A stretch of DNA of 61,809 nt, counting the filler, from Vannella sp. (taxonomy: Eukaryota), in assembly GCA_023345925.1 (NCBI GenBank). It is 7 parts of 7 records of this genome, joined end to end, with 100 filler letters (N's around TTAATTAATTAA, not from the genome) between each part and the next. Parts side by side here need not be neighbours in the genome. Positions count along the whole stretch, not along the records: positions 42,348 to 51,702 come from JAJQQN010000463.1; positions 51,803 to 58,149 come from JAJQQN010000360.1; positions 58,250 to 61,809 come from JAJQQN010000979.1; 4 more parts are not named here. One strand, 5' to 3'. Both the position numbers and the translations under genes were made by a program. The notes beneath the pieces were generated by a model. That model did no database searches and was not told where the DNA came from. It worked only from the letters and a program-made list of their open reading frames with translations. Positions 47,390-59,140 of the stretch are shown piece after piece (position 1 is the stretch's first letter; each line of letters begins with the position of its first letter).

Positions 47390-48370
47390 TTACAAAAAGG
47401 AAAGGCAGGCGTAGTTGAAGCCACAGAGCATGGAGGTGGCCAGCCAGAAGCAAATCTGCCCGAGAAGGTCCAAACCCGAATCAGTATTTCTCACTTGCCA
47501 TTGACTTGGGGGCATGGACGCACCACCAGAATGATTCCGATGAGAATGATTAGTTTGATGTTCTTGCGGATGACTGCCCAATAGAGCTGGTTGCTTTGCC
47601 TCTTAAAGTGGAGTGTTTGAGAGTCCAAGTCCTCGCATTGCTCCACCAGCAGCTCGAACTTCTCGCCTCGTTCCAGGATGGACTCTGTGCTCGTGGGTGT
47701 GAGTGGTTACTCTCTTACACTCTCCTCTGTTGCCACTGCGGACGCACCAATGTTCTCCATCATCATGTTCTTTGTGTCTTCGATCTGCCTCTTAACGACG
47801 GCTAGCTTGTCAACAGAAGGGTCATAGGTGAAGAAGTACTACTCCCAAACCAGTCAATCAACAGCGATAGGGACAGTTCACTGGGGGACTTGCCATCTGC
47901 TTCTTGAGGACAGTCGAGAAGTCCTCATTCAGAGCAAAGGCAGAGCAATTCTGTGCAGTTTCTGGTGGGTACATGGCTTCAAAGCGATCCTGGCTTGGTA
48001 ATGAGTGCCTATGAGGAGATGAGGACCAGTAGCCCACCTTCAGGTCCTCCAGGAAGCCCATGCAAGTTCGCCGGCTCATTTTAGCGTCACTCATGCACAG
48101 GAATGTGATCCCACGACCTGTCAAGTAGTGAAACGCATACCTGGGTAACGTCATCCATGTCAGCAAAGGGTTCCCGATGCTCCCCTGAGCCAAAAGGATG
48201 ACTCACATGTCATATTCATACGACTGCCGTCCTTCCTGCGAGGAATCGATCTTCTCCAACACCACACGACTCACTGTAATGAAGTTACCCGACGAAGAAG
48301 CCGCATACTCTGCCAGAACCACATTCCCCCGAGCCACCAACGAGTAGATCAGCCCAGAAGGTGCCGCCAT
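47390..48370 (-). CDS. VAMP7: Longin R-SNARE VAMP7, multi-intron
   Basis: LIYSLVARGNVVLAEY longin start; YAFHY; MMENI..LERGEK SNARE motif; C-terminal TM. Confidence 0.9.
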
Positions 48371-48473
48371 CCCCTCCAATGAGCCTACAAATGACCTATC
48401 TCACGGTAAATGCCAGTGGAAACGCCATCGGCAATCAGCGGAAGGGATTTGAGCACTATTTCATAGCTTCCCC

Positions 48474-51081
48474 ATGCCCACGTCACCCAACTCGTCCTCG
48501 CTCACGTCCTCTGTTGATAGTCTGAACCTTACCGGCTTTAAGGAGAAGGGATCAGGTAAACGAGTCGGGAAGAAGGCCAAGAACAACCTCTCTCTCGTCA
48601 ACATCAATCCTACGCACCAGTTCATGGAGGCCATCAAGGCCAACGCGCTCGCCCAGACCTTTCACAACGAGCCCTTCCCTATCCCTCCTCCCAACAAGTA
48701 CAAGTATAGCCGCCAGGATATCTTGGATCTATGGGCGGAGCACTCTCTCCCTTCATGCACACTGGTGACGTTCGAGACAACAAAGGAAGAGAACCTGGTC
48801 CCTGTGTGCCAGGACGCCGCCCTTGTGAAGGATTTTCACGATGTAAGTGTCCTTGAGGCACTTTTGTTGGCCTTTGCTTACCCTTAGAACAAGGCCCTTC
48901 ATGGTCTTGGCAAGTGGGTCGCCCTTCAGTCACCTGCACGAACTTCACGAGCTCCTCGCGGTCGTGGACGAGCTGCAAAGCGTAAGAACTCTTTGTGTTT
49001 CCCCAAATGGAGAACTTATGCTCTCTACCACAGCTGGAGCACGAGGAGGAAGGGTTGATCTTATGGCTTCCGTGGACACATCGAGAAAGCCTCCAGGTCA
49101 AGAGAAACCTCGCAGTTGGGGAATCACGCAATCTGCAAACGATATTCCGACGGACGATGTGGTTGTCGAACCTCCCCCAACGGTCCAAAGCCAGACCGAA
49201 GCTTCCCTCAGTTCTACTGGTCCCTTGGCGAGCTCAGTGGAAGTACAGTGGCTCTACATTGATGATCAAGACAAAGTGGAAGGTCCCTACCCGACCACCA
49301 TGATGGAACATTGGTTCAAGAAGGGCTATCTTCCCCCGACTCTCCGCGTGAGGAGAACAATCGATCCTGACTTCACAGTCCTTTCAGTACTCTCCCAACA
49401 CACCGATTCTCCCTTCCAGAACAGCACTTTGCAGACGGCGTCGGCTCTTCTTGCCGCCAAGAAGAGCCAAACAGAGCCAAAGCCTCGTTCCTTGGATGTG
49501 TTCAACACTCGGCCGATTGCTGCACCTATTCCAATGGGTCCAATGGATCCTGTCCCTCCAATCAATTCAGGTGCTTTCAACTTTGCGTCCCTCCTTGGCA
49601 TCTCTCCAGATCAAGTTGTCACTGGACCCGTGGAAGAACCCCTCTTGATGGGCCCTCTTTGGGGCAGTATGCCTGAGCCAGCAGCAAAGGTGTGGAACTT
49701 GGAACAAATCGAAGGCCAGTGGGGCTCAACAAACACTCCAGCACCCCTTTCTGTCCCTGTCGCCTCTCCCTGGGGCCCACTGGACCCACCTGAACCTCAG
49801 CACATGCTGTCTCTTCGAGAGATCCAAGAGCAGCAAGTCATTGAACAAAGCAGACGAAGTGGGGCCAATTCGCTGAGAGTGAACTCTATCATCACTGATC
49901 CTCCTCGCACTGAAGTTCCCTTTGCTCACTGGGGATTCACCAACCCCGACGAAGTTCCTGTGATCTCCAGCTCTCACTCCCTCTTCAGTAGTGGAGACTC
50001 GCTCCATACTCCACAGCCTGCACCTTGGAGCATCCCCTCCATGCGACAGCCAAGCTTCCAGGAGATCCAAGAAGAAGAAGTCCGCAAGAGCCAACAGCTC
50101 CGTGATCCACCAAGAGCCGTCCGCCCTTCTACCCCCATCCACTCCACTGCGTCATTGTGGGGCGAGATTCCTTCGATCACTCCTGTCCCACTCCGCAACT
50201 TGCAGGAGGAAGAGGAACGCCGTCGACAACAAGAGCAGCAGCGGCTCTTTGAAGAGAATCGAATGGCCCAGTCCAACCGCAAGGGCACCGATCTCCCATG
50301 GAGCTCCCCTGCTCTTAACAGCCACCAGCCCTCTCTGAAAGAGATTCAAGCTCTCCAAATGGAAGAAGCTCGTCGACAACAAGAGCGAGCCATGCGCAAT
50401 GCGCAAGAAGCAGCGGAAGCTCAACAGTCCGCGGTCATGTGGGCACAACAACAAGCTGCTGGGCGACCAATGTCCTTGTTGGAGATCCAAGAAGAGGAAC
50501 TTCGCCACAAGGAGATGCAAGAGAGGGCCAAAGCAGCACAAATGCAAAGCAAAATGGCCTCCCCTGGGATGTGGGGCTCCACGTGGGGATCAGGACCAGC
50601 TGCGAGCTTCGCTGATATTCAACAACAGCAGCAAGCAGTTGCTGCACAAACTGCCCACACTCAAGAACCTGGTGCCGGAGGTATGTGGGGTGGAACAGAA
50701 CCTGGATGGGATGACAACGCTTTACTGTGGGACCCTGCTGCTGCGCGAGGCCCTCCCTCGAAGCCTGTTCCTGTGACAAAGTGAGCCTCTACTGGTGATA
50801 CATGGAAAATGATTTGTTAACCCCTTTGCAGAGCTCAGGATGAGTATCCTTCACTTGGCAAGAGCACAACCGCACCTGTACAGCAGCAGCAGAAGAAGCA
50901 GCGAGAACCCAAAGGCACACAACCAAGAGCAGAGGTCCAGCGAAAGCCCCAAGCTGCTGAGCCTTCCCAAAGCAAGGCTCAGCGCAAGAAGAAGAAGATG
51001 CAGAAAGTAGACGCCTCTCAGTACTTTTCCTTTGGTCCAGGCTCACTTGCTGGGAGAGCCATCGAAGATCCCGACTACTAA
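48474..51081 (+). CDS. GIGYF: GIGYF-family GYF-domain protein
   Basis: YKYSRQDILDL (4EHP-binding YxYxxxxL-phi motif); GYF WLYIDDQDKVEGPY..MEHWFKKGYL; repeated SLxEIQ motifs; C-terminus KKKMQKVDAS...IEDPDY. Confidence 0.85.
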
Positions 51082-51289
51082 TGCGAATATATCATGAGTC
51101 AGAATCACAAAGCATCTTGATCCGTGGAACTTTTGTCATTTTCATTCCATCATGATAAAGCGCAAAAAAAACAAGAACATAAAAGTGTTATTATTATTTA
51201 CCAGGACATAATTGTATGTTTATATCCTGTGACTCGGGAATGCCTTGCTGGGACTGGAGGGAACTGACATAACTTCCCTCTCCTGTATC

Positions 51290-51702
51290 ATGGTAGCCGT
51301 TGACCGCCCCGTTCCCCGTTCCTCTCTCGTCCAAGAACTCTTCAACCGCACGAAATCTCACCGCTGCACCGAGGAACGACTCCAAAGCACCTATCGCTGG
51401 TGCGGAGGTGATTCCAACTCGGACGCCGAATTCAAGAACCTTCTCGATTTCCTGGCCTCCGTTTGGAGCGACCCCAATTTCCGACCATTCGACGATGTGA
51501 CGTCCTCCTCTTCCTTCCTTTTCGAAAACCAAGACACCGACTTCTTGATTCGTCTGTCAACCTCACAGAGTGGTGGTATTACCCTCACCTTCCGAAAAGA
51601 GATCGGAACCAACAGCATCCTCCACACACGATTCTTTGTTAACAAGGAACGAAAAATCATCGACTCTGACGGTCAAGAACACAGCTCCATATCATCCCTT
51701 GG
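51290..51702 (+). CDS. SH2-domain protein, 3' truncated
   Basis: W....F...DFLIRLSTSQSGGITLTF...ILHTRF fits the SH2 FLxRxS signature. Confidence 0.72.
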
Positions 51703-51802
51703 NNNNNNNNNNNNNNNNNNNNNNNNNNNNNNNNNNNNNNNNNNNNTTAATTAATTAANNNNNNNNNNNNNNNNNNNNNNNNNNNNNNNNNNNNNNNNNN
51801 NN
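51703..51802. other. Assembly spacer
   Basis: N run with TTAATTAATTAA. Confidence 0.97.
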
Positions 51803-52143
51803 CCTTTGTTTGGGGTTCGATGGATTCTGGAAGCACTCCCCTTCACTATGCAGCGCTCAGAAAGGATGCTCGCTTTGTTCGCTTCTTGATCCACCAAGGA
51901 CTCGCTGTCGATTCCCGCAATGTCTATGGAGAAACCCCTCTCCATTGGGCCGCCAGAGCTGGGCATGTTGACACATTTAGTCTCCTTCTTTCTTTCGGAG
52001 CGGATCTGAAGAAGCTGGACACAAGTCTGAAATCGCCCCAGGATTGGGCCTTGGAGGAAGGTCAAACTCATCTTATTCGCCTTCTTCACCCCAGAAAGGA
52101 CAGATCCTGGACCCGTTTCTGGAGCTCCTCTGTTTCCAAGTGA
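51803..52143 (+). CDS. Ankyrin-repeat protein (intronless here, probably 5' truncated)
   Basis: GSTPLHYAA, NVYGETPLHWAA, KSPQDWA. Confidence 0.85.
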
Positions 52144-52421
52144 TTTGATAAACCATTTCTGATGAGCGTAGCGTAACAAAGGGACTGGAAACGCTGTTGT
52201 TCCGGAGCAAAAAAACTGGTCCAGCTTGGTAACCAAGCTTCCCAGATAATGCATGACGCCGACCAGCCAACAAGGACCTCTCCAGACCTGCGAAGGCTGT
52301 TGCAGGCTGCTTCTTCGTCCATAGAGGCCAGGGGAGAGCGAAAGCGAAGTGCCAGAGTTTATCAAGTCCATCCAGACGCCCTAATGATTGTGGCACTATC
52401 ACCTGGACTCATGTGTGTTGC

Positions 52422-53256
52422 TTAGTCGTCGATGTCGGGATACCAGCTGTTCTCTCGAATCCACTTGGTGCAGCAGTACTTTGTGCCCTCCTCGACTGGC
52501 AATCCGCCGTGAGTCGAGGTCCGGTCAAGTTGATGATCTGGCGTGTGGCTGTAGAACAAGACCGCTGTACCCTTAATCGCAGGTACCTTGATGTCAGTGT
52601 TGGTGAAGATCGTCTCCCCTCCTTTGATCGGAGTCGCCAGATAGAGTAACACTGTTGCAGTGCGTTGTCCAGGCGTTCCCAGGAAGGCAGACATCCCTGG
52701 CATCTCAGGGTCGAAGAAGTCATAGTGAGGAACATACTGTTGTCCATTCTGATAGCGTAAGAGGTAGAAGGGCTCCCCGTTCTCAGCTGGGATCTGAGTC
52801 CATTCCGCGATCCGCTCTTCAATGCGCTTGAGGACAGCAGCTTTGCGGGGTAAGAAAGCACCGTAGCTTGTACGGAACTCTGACTCTTTTGGCTGGCCAT
52901 CCTCCCCTGCCACAGCGGAGCGTTCAAGCCCCGTGGCGTTGCCAATTTGAATGATCTCCTCGCATTCCTCGTCTGAGAGGAAGTGAGAGTGGACAAACAC
53001 ACGTGGTTCCCAAGAGACTTGTTCTACAAAAGCTGGATTGAACCCGCAAGTCTGTCCGGAGGCTGAAAGGAAGGTTAGTCTCCCACGCATCACTGGAACC
53101 TCCCATACCAGATTCTTCCCACGCAGGAGGGGGCAGAACCACCCCAGGAAACGTCTTCGTGCCAACGCCACTACTTCGTGAGAAGATCGCCAACCCCGCC
53201 AACGAGACCAAGGCAAAGAGAGCCACCACCAGCAGCACGGGCAACGCCTTTGCCAT
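52422..53256 (-). CDS. P4H: Prolyl 4-hydroxylase (plant/protist type), one intron
   Basis: Signal anchor; SWEPR, RTSYG, PHYDFF (HxD), GGETIF, HGGLPV, TKWIR. Confidence 0.92.
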
Positions 53257-53427
53257 CGCCCCCAATAAATGAATCACAGCATCGACGTGTTGTCCAGATG
53301 CTGCACGAGGAGGAGTGCGAGTGGTGAGGGGTCGAACGAGAGAGATTCTGAGGGGGTGGGTGTATTCATGTGTGGGGAAGTTGTTTACACGAAAAGGATA
53401 GGAGGAGAAGTACTATTGAGTGGAGGC

Positions 53428-54333
53428 TTACTTAGGGGCCTTCTCAATGATGAGCCATTCGGCCTCGTCGTCCATTTCCCACATGTTGTTGTCGATGAGG
53501 CTCTGGATCTCAGCGGCTACACGGGGGGCAGCAACCCAAAGCTTGACGTCGTCCCAATCATGAATGACTTCCTCAATAGCCTCAGGGACGTTCTTGGCGT
53601 CGTATTCGAGGTTGTCGATGGTGTCGAAGTAAGGCTCGAAGCGCTCCTCCATTTGCTCATCCTGCATCACAAGAAGTCAGTAAAGAAGCATAGAATGATC
53701 TTACTATCGTTTGAGGTGATCATGGAAGAGCAGGAAAGCGAGGTAACGTACCAACTGGGCAAAGAAACGGGAGAAGACAGCGAGTTCGTCAGGGATTGGG
53801 TCCTCTGTCTTTGTATCTTGGAAAACTTCCTCAATGGTCTCCTCGTAGTTGGTGCGGAGGGTGTCGATGAAGTTCTTGTCAGGGAAGACTTCACGGAAGA
53901 AAGGCCAGTCAATCTTCATGTTGATGACGCTGTCCTCGTCTCCACGACGGTAGGTTCCGAACTCAAAATGACGAGTTGCGTTATACACAGGATCCTCTTC
54001 TCCTGCCTGAGTGAGAACACTCTCGAGAGTCGTGTCGACCTGATTAGCCTGCGCAATGAGGTTCGCGAGGGCGGGGTGTTGTCCCTCTACTTGAGAAGCA
54101 AGACCCATGCGAAGGGAAGAGATAGAAGCGCGGTCAAATGCCTTGCTCTGAACAACCTTGGGGTGAAGCCCATTGAGGAAACGCTTCTGAAGACCATCGG
54201 TATCCTTGAACTGGAGATCGTACTGCTTATCAGCGTACTCAACGCTAATATCTTCCCCGTTGGCATAGAAAGCACGAGCAATCAGGGGGGTGGCTGATCT
54301 TTGGAGGCCCCGAGTACAGAAGCGGGACAGCAT
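53428..54333 (-). CDS. Mitochondrial protein, probable ATP synthase subunit d, one intron
   Basis: Presequence MLSRFCTRGLQRS; KIDWPFFREVF..NFIDTLRTNYE and P.VAAEI...IDNNMW resemble subunit d motifs. Confidence 0.6.
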
Positions 54334-54473
54334 CGTTGGGCGACCAGAAAGTGGAGCAAGAATGGGGTGCCCATCATAATACTATCATTTAAATGGGCGC
54401 TATTTATGTGTGTAACTGACAAGTCTGGGACGGGGCTTGAACAGAGTGAAAGTGTAGCAGTTTGTGGTGCGAT

Positions 54474-55252
54474 CTACTCTTCCTCCTCGGCAACATAGGA
54501 TGGAGCCTCCTTGATAATACCAGGCTCTTCGAAGGTGTGGAAAGGAGCAGGACTGGGTAAGAGCCATTCCAGGGTAGGTTCGCCGGCAGACACGTTGTAT
54601 TTTTTGGCGACTTCCTGCTGCTGTGGTCCGCTGAACCCGAGCCTATAAAAGAGTATTCCTGTTAGATGGATCTGCAGAAATAGTTTCAGCCCCTCTCGCC
54701 CACTCACTTCTTGAGAGTGCGGTACGCAATCAAGTTCTGAAGGTACAGACCCTGAGTGAAAGGCTGGGGCATGGGAGTGAAGTAGAACTCCTCAAGCTGT
54801 TCAATAGTCCAGTTTGCAGGATCGTGGATGGTTCCCTTGATGTAGTCGAAGAACTGATCGACAGTGAAGGGTTGGCGAGGCATGTTGGCATAGACAGAGA
54901 AATGGTTAGGATCAATAGGACCCTCTTCCTCTCGCTCAAGACGTTCCAAGTAGTTGTTGTAGGCCTTGTACACGTTCATGAAGGACTCCTTCTTGTCCTG
55001 GATTTTGGCCTCAACCTCCTCATACGTCTCGAGGCCCAGGCTATCAGGAGTTTGGGCGACCTCCTTCTCATGGGCGCTTCTCAAAGAGTCAAGGGTGACC
55101 CTGACGCTTGCAGGGGCGGTGGAGTAACTGCGGGCCAAACTATGAAGAGGACGACCCGTTCTCTCAGTCACACTGTCTCAAGATAACTGGATGTAAGATC
55201 CAGAAGGGCTCGCCACCTACCTTCTGGTCAGCGAACGAGAGAGGGCGAACAT
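54474..55252 (-). CDS. cox1-c: Nucleus-encoded Cox1 C-terminal fragment protein (Cox1-c), two introns
   Basis: Presequence MFALSRSLTRS...ARSYSTA; C-terminal PTLEWLLPSPAPFHTFEEP matches the Cox1 C-terminus (LEW...PP..HTFEEP). Confidence 0.88.
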
Positions 55253-55407
55253 CACAGGCCGAAAGAAAGTGGGCTTCTAACTCCCACCTAGTTGCCCATT
55301 TTTATCAATAATTCATAAACTAAATAACTTGGGGCATGCATTGGAGGAATTGTGAAGCTGAGCCAATGAGGCAGCGGCACGTTTCCTTTCATCTTTTCTC
55401 GTCGCTC

Positions 55408-56092
55408 ATGAACAAGCTTGTTCTTTTGAGCCTCCTCGGACTTGTGGCCCTTGCGTATGCTGTAAGTTGGTCGCTTGGTAGAGTTTGTTGAGTAAATTGA
55501 TGACAGGAGTTGTCTCAGGGACCCAAAGTGACTAGCAAGGTCTTCTTCGACATTCAGGTTGGAGACGGCGCTGTTGAACGTATTGTGTTCGGCCTGTACG
55601 GTGGAACTGTTCCCAAGACCGCAGAGAACTTCCGTGCTCTTTGCACTGGCGAGAAGGGTGTTGGCAAGAGCGGCAAGCCCCTTCACTACAAGGGATCCAT
55701 TTTCCACCGTGTCATCCCCAACTTCATGCTTCAGGGCGGTGACTTCACCTCCGGAGATGGCCGTGGTGGAGAGTCCATTTATGGCGAGAAGTTCGCTGAT
55801 GAGAACTTCAAGCTCAAGCACACTCGCCCTGGTCTCCTCTCAATGGCCAACGCTGGTGTCAACAGTGAGTCATCACCACAGTTGATGGGATAACTACTAA
55901 CATCAGCCAGCCAATGGATCTCAGTTCTTTATTACCACCGTCCAGACTCCCTGGTTAGACGGAAAGCACGTTGTCTTCGGTGAGGTTCTCGAGGGTATGG
56001 ATGTTGTCAAGAGGGTCGAATCCGTTGGAAAGCAAGATGGCAAGACCACCAAGACTGTCACCATCGTCGACTCAGGCGAGTTGACCGAATAA
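55408..56092 (+). CDS. Secretory cyclophilin (peptidyl-prolyl isomerase B-like)
   Basis: Signal peptide; [47 protein letters not shown]. Confidence 0.95.
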
Positions 56093-56142
56093 ACTCGCGG
56101 CAATCACTCAACGAGGTAACCAAAGGACAGTTTATCGCTCAA

Positions 56143-57772
56143 CTATCCAAACCTAGCGCGAAGGGCAACAAGTGCCCAACAAACCCCGAGAATGCCGATC
56201 AGTTTGATGAGCCGACCTGCTGTGAAGGCACTCCGATGGAGAGTCTTCGGGTAGCCGATGAGCCAGCAGATGGTAGAGAGCTTTTTGGCGTTGAAAGGTG
56301 CCACGCGTACATCATTAGCAAACTCTAAGCCCGGGAACTTGCGCAAGCAAGGCTTCAAGTGAGAGAAGGCTTCGAAGGAGTGGGCGCCGTGGTATCCACC
56401 AATGCCACTCGGTCCCACCCCGCCAAACGGGAGAGTGTTACACCCTGCTTGGCTCATTGTATCGTTGGTGGTGAAGGCACCTGAAGAGGTTCGATCTCGA
56501 ACGTAAGCGATACTTGAGGACTTGGATGAGAAGAGATAGAGAGCCAGTGGCTTGTCTCGGTCATTGATGAGCTCCACTGCTTGCTCAAGAGAACGGAAGG
56601 TGATAATGGGCAGAATAGGGCCAAAGATCTCCTCCTTCATAACTTCAGCTTCCAAACTGACCTTCCTGAGTACCGTGGGGGCAATGTAGAGGTCATTTCG
56701 ATCAGACTGACCTCCGAAAGCTATCTCACCGTCGTTGAGGAAGCGTACTATGCGATCGAAGTGGCGCTCGTTGATGATGCGACCGAAGGAGTCCGATTCC
56801 TGAGGATTCTCTCCAAGCATTGCCTTGACAACTGCCTTGAGCTGCTCGATGAATGCTTCTTCTACACTCTCATGGATAAGTACGTAGTCAGGAGCAATGC
56901 AGCTTTGTCCAGAGTTCAAGAGTTTGCCCCAAGCCACTCGTCTCGCTGCCACGTAGAGGTCTGCGGTCTCGTCAATGATACAAGGCGACTTCCCTCCCTT
57001 CGTATGTGTGAGCGATAGAGTGAATGGGATAAGGAGGCCTCACCAGCTCGAGGGTGACCGGTGTCAAGTGCTGCGCAGCAGCGGCCATCACAATCTTGCC
57101 TACTGCAGTACTTCCAGTGTACAGAATGTGATCGAACTTGCTCTTCAGTAACTCTTGAGTCTCTGGGATGCCACCAGTGATGACTGCGAATGCATCGTTG
57201 GAAAGGTACTTCGGGACGAGCTCGTTCAAGAGGCGTTCAGAGCTTGTGGCCAGCTCAGAGGGCTTCCAAAGAGAGTGAGTGTGAATCATATAGTAGTGTG
57301 GGTCACTGTACCTTGATAATGACGCAGTTCCCAGCAGCAATTGCCCCAATAAGAGGAACAAGAGAGAGTTGAATGGGATAGTTCCACGGGGCCATGATGA
57401 GCATGAGTCCGTAGGGTTCAGGGACCATTTCTATCTTGTCCATGCCCCACAGGAGTAGGTTAGGCTTTGGCACTGAACGAGGACGGGTCCATTCTCGGAG
57501 ATGAGTGAGCGCCAACTCCACGTCCTCGAAGAACATAGAGAGCTCGGTCACTACTGTCTCAAACTTGGACTTGCGTAAGTCATCTCGCACAGCCCTGACG
57601 CGAGATTAGGAAGGAACTGTCTTCCAAAAAGGTAAACTAACTGAATGAACGCGTCCTGATTCTCAAACACCATCCTCTGCAGTGAAGCTAGTTGCTTCAG
57701 CCGCCAATCTACATCCAAAGTCACTCCAGACCGGAAGGTTGCTCTGAGACGAGCCACAACGCCAGCGGACAT
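56143..57772 (-). CDS. ALDH3: Class 3 (fatty) aldehyde dehydrogenase with C-terminal TM
   Basis: [43 protein letters not shown]. Confidence 0.93.
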
Positions 57773-58149
57773 GTTCGGTCCAAAGAATGCCAACTAAATG
57801 ACCTCCAGCCACACTACTGGGAGATTGCCATTAAAGTGGAATGATAGATAATGACTACAATCATCAAATGCCGGACGATGACCACTCCCCCGCCATGGCG
57901 TTGGAGGTGACGGGGTGACGAAGTGTCAGGAGTTGACACCCCCTGTAGTGGACCTTCCCTGCAGGGTCACTGTGAAGGTATCTTGTAAACCCTCTTTTAG
58001 GCTGTGAGCGATCCAGAGGGCGGAAGCGCTTTTTCCATTTCACTTTCGATGCTGGTCGTTCTGCATGGCGGAGCCCACGAAGAGGGTGCAAGCTTTCTCC
58101 GCAGCACCCAGATGGTGCAAATACATGCTGGATTCGAGTTATTGGCGTG

Positions 58150-58249
58150 NNNNNNNNNNNNNNNNNNNNNNNNNNNNNNNNNNNNNNNNNNNNTTAATTA
58201 ATTAANNNNNNNNNNNNNNNNNNNNNNNNNNNNNNNNNNNNNNNNNNNN
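58150..58249. other. Assembly spacer
   Basis: N run with TTAATTAATTAA. Confidence 0.97.
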
Positions 58250-58413
58250 GGTGGTGGCGCCTTTAACGTGGATGCTTCTGAAGAACAAGCGAGTCTTCAG
58301 CAAACACAGCTACTAAGCGTCCTTGTACAGCCGGTCTCTTTGACTCAACAAAAACGAATCGACTTCCTCTGCCTTTATCTCTGAGAGTAGACAGTGGGGA
58401 GGGTGTCACTGGG

Positions 58414-59071
58414 TTACTTCTTCTTGCCAAACATCTTCTTGAAAGGGGAAATGAGTGCAGCAGCGGGGTTCTTCGTCTTGGTGGTCGTGACGACGGTAGT
58501 TGTCACGACTGCCATGCTTTCCAGCTTCTTGTCACCGCAAGGGTCGCAGTAGACGTTCTCCTCAATGATCTTGTACGCGCCCTGCAACAAGTCCTGGCAT
58601 TCGAAGCACTTAAGGCACTCTGGATGGAACAACTTGGTTCCAACAGTGGCGCAGACCACTCCTGTCGGTATCTTCTCCTTGCATGCTTCACAGACTACCC
58701 CACACAGGTAAGGGTAAGGTGTATGAAGGGGGTAGACGCGTACTGAGTGAGGAGACGACGGTGGTGGCGCAGCTGTTACAATGAGGAGCCCCATTGAGCA
58801 GCTGGTACTGCGCCTCTGCGATCGGATCACCGCACTGGGAGCAGTTGATGATATCCTCTGAATCAGAGTCTGCTTCCTCCTCCTTGATCGCTGTAGCACA
58901 CTTCTCGCAGTGAGGTTGGTCGTGCATGGCGTAAAGCGTCCCGTTCAAGGTTACTTTGCAGCGGAAGCACTTCATACACTCCATATGCCACGAGCGGTTC
59001 AGCGCGAGCATGCTCTTGCCCTTGATAACAAGCTTACACTCATCGCAGATAAGAGGAGCGTTCGAGGCCAT
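58414..59071 (-). CDS. LIM-domain protein, one intron
   Basis: CxxC...WHxxCxxCxxC...HCxxC patterns; FHPECLKCFEC. Confidence 0.88.
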
Positions 59072-59140
59072 CCCAACAACGAATGAAGCGGAGGGCCGCC
59101 TAAAAAAGGGTCCAGCGAAGAGAGGAGGGTCTGGAGGGTC

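Noticed and set aside
53269..54297. 342-aa plus-strand ORF
   Set aside because: Antisense shadow of the mitochondrial protein gene at 53428-54333.
57894..58149. Possible gene start next to the contig end
   Set aside because: ATG and intron-like signals exist, but no interpretable reading frame could be supported.
12320..58249. Six identical TTAATTAATTAA motifs within N runs
   Set aside because: Artificial contig-joining spacers with stops in all frames; not biological, and neighbourhoods across them were not interpreted.
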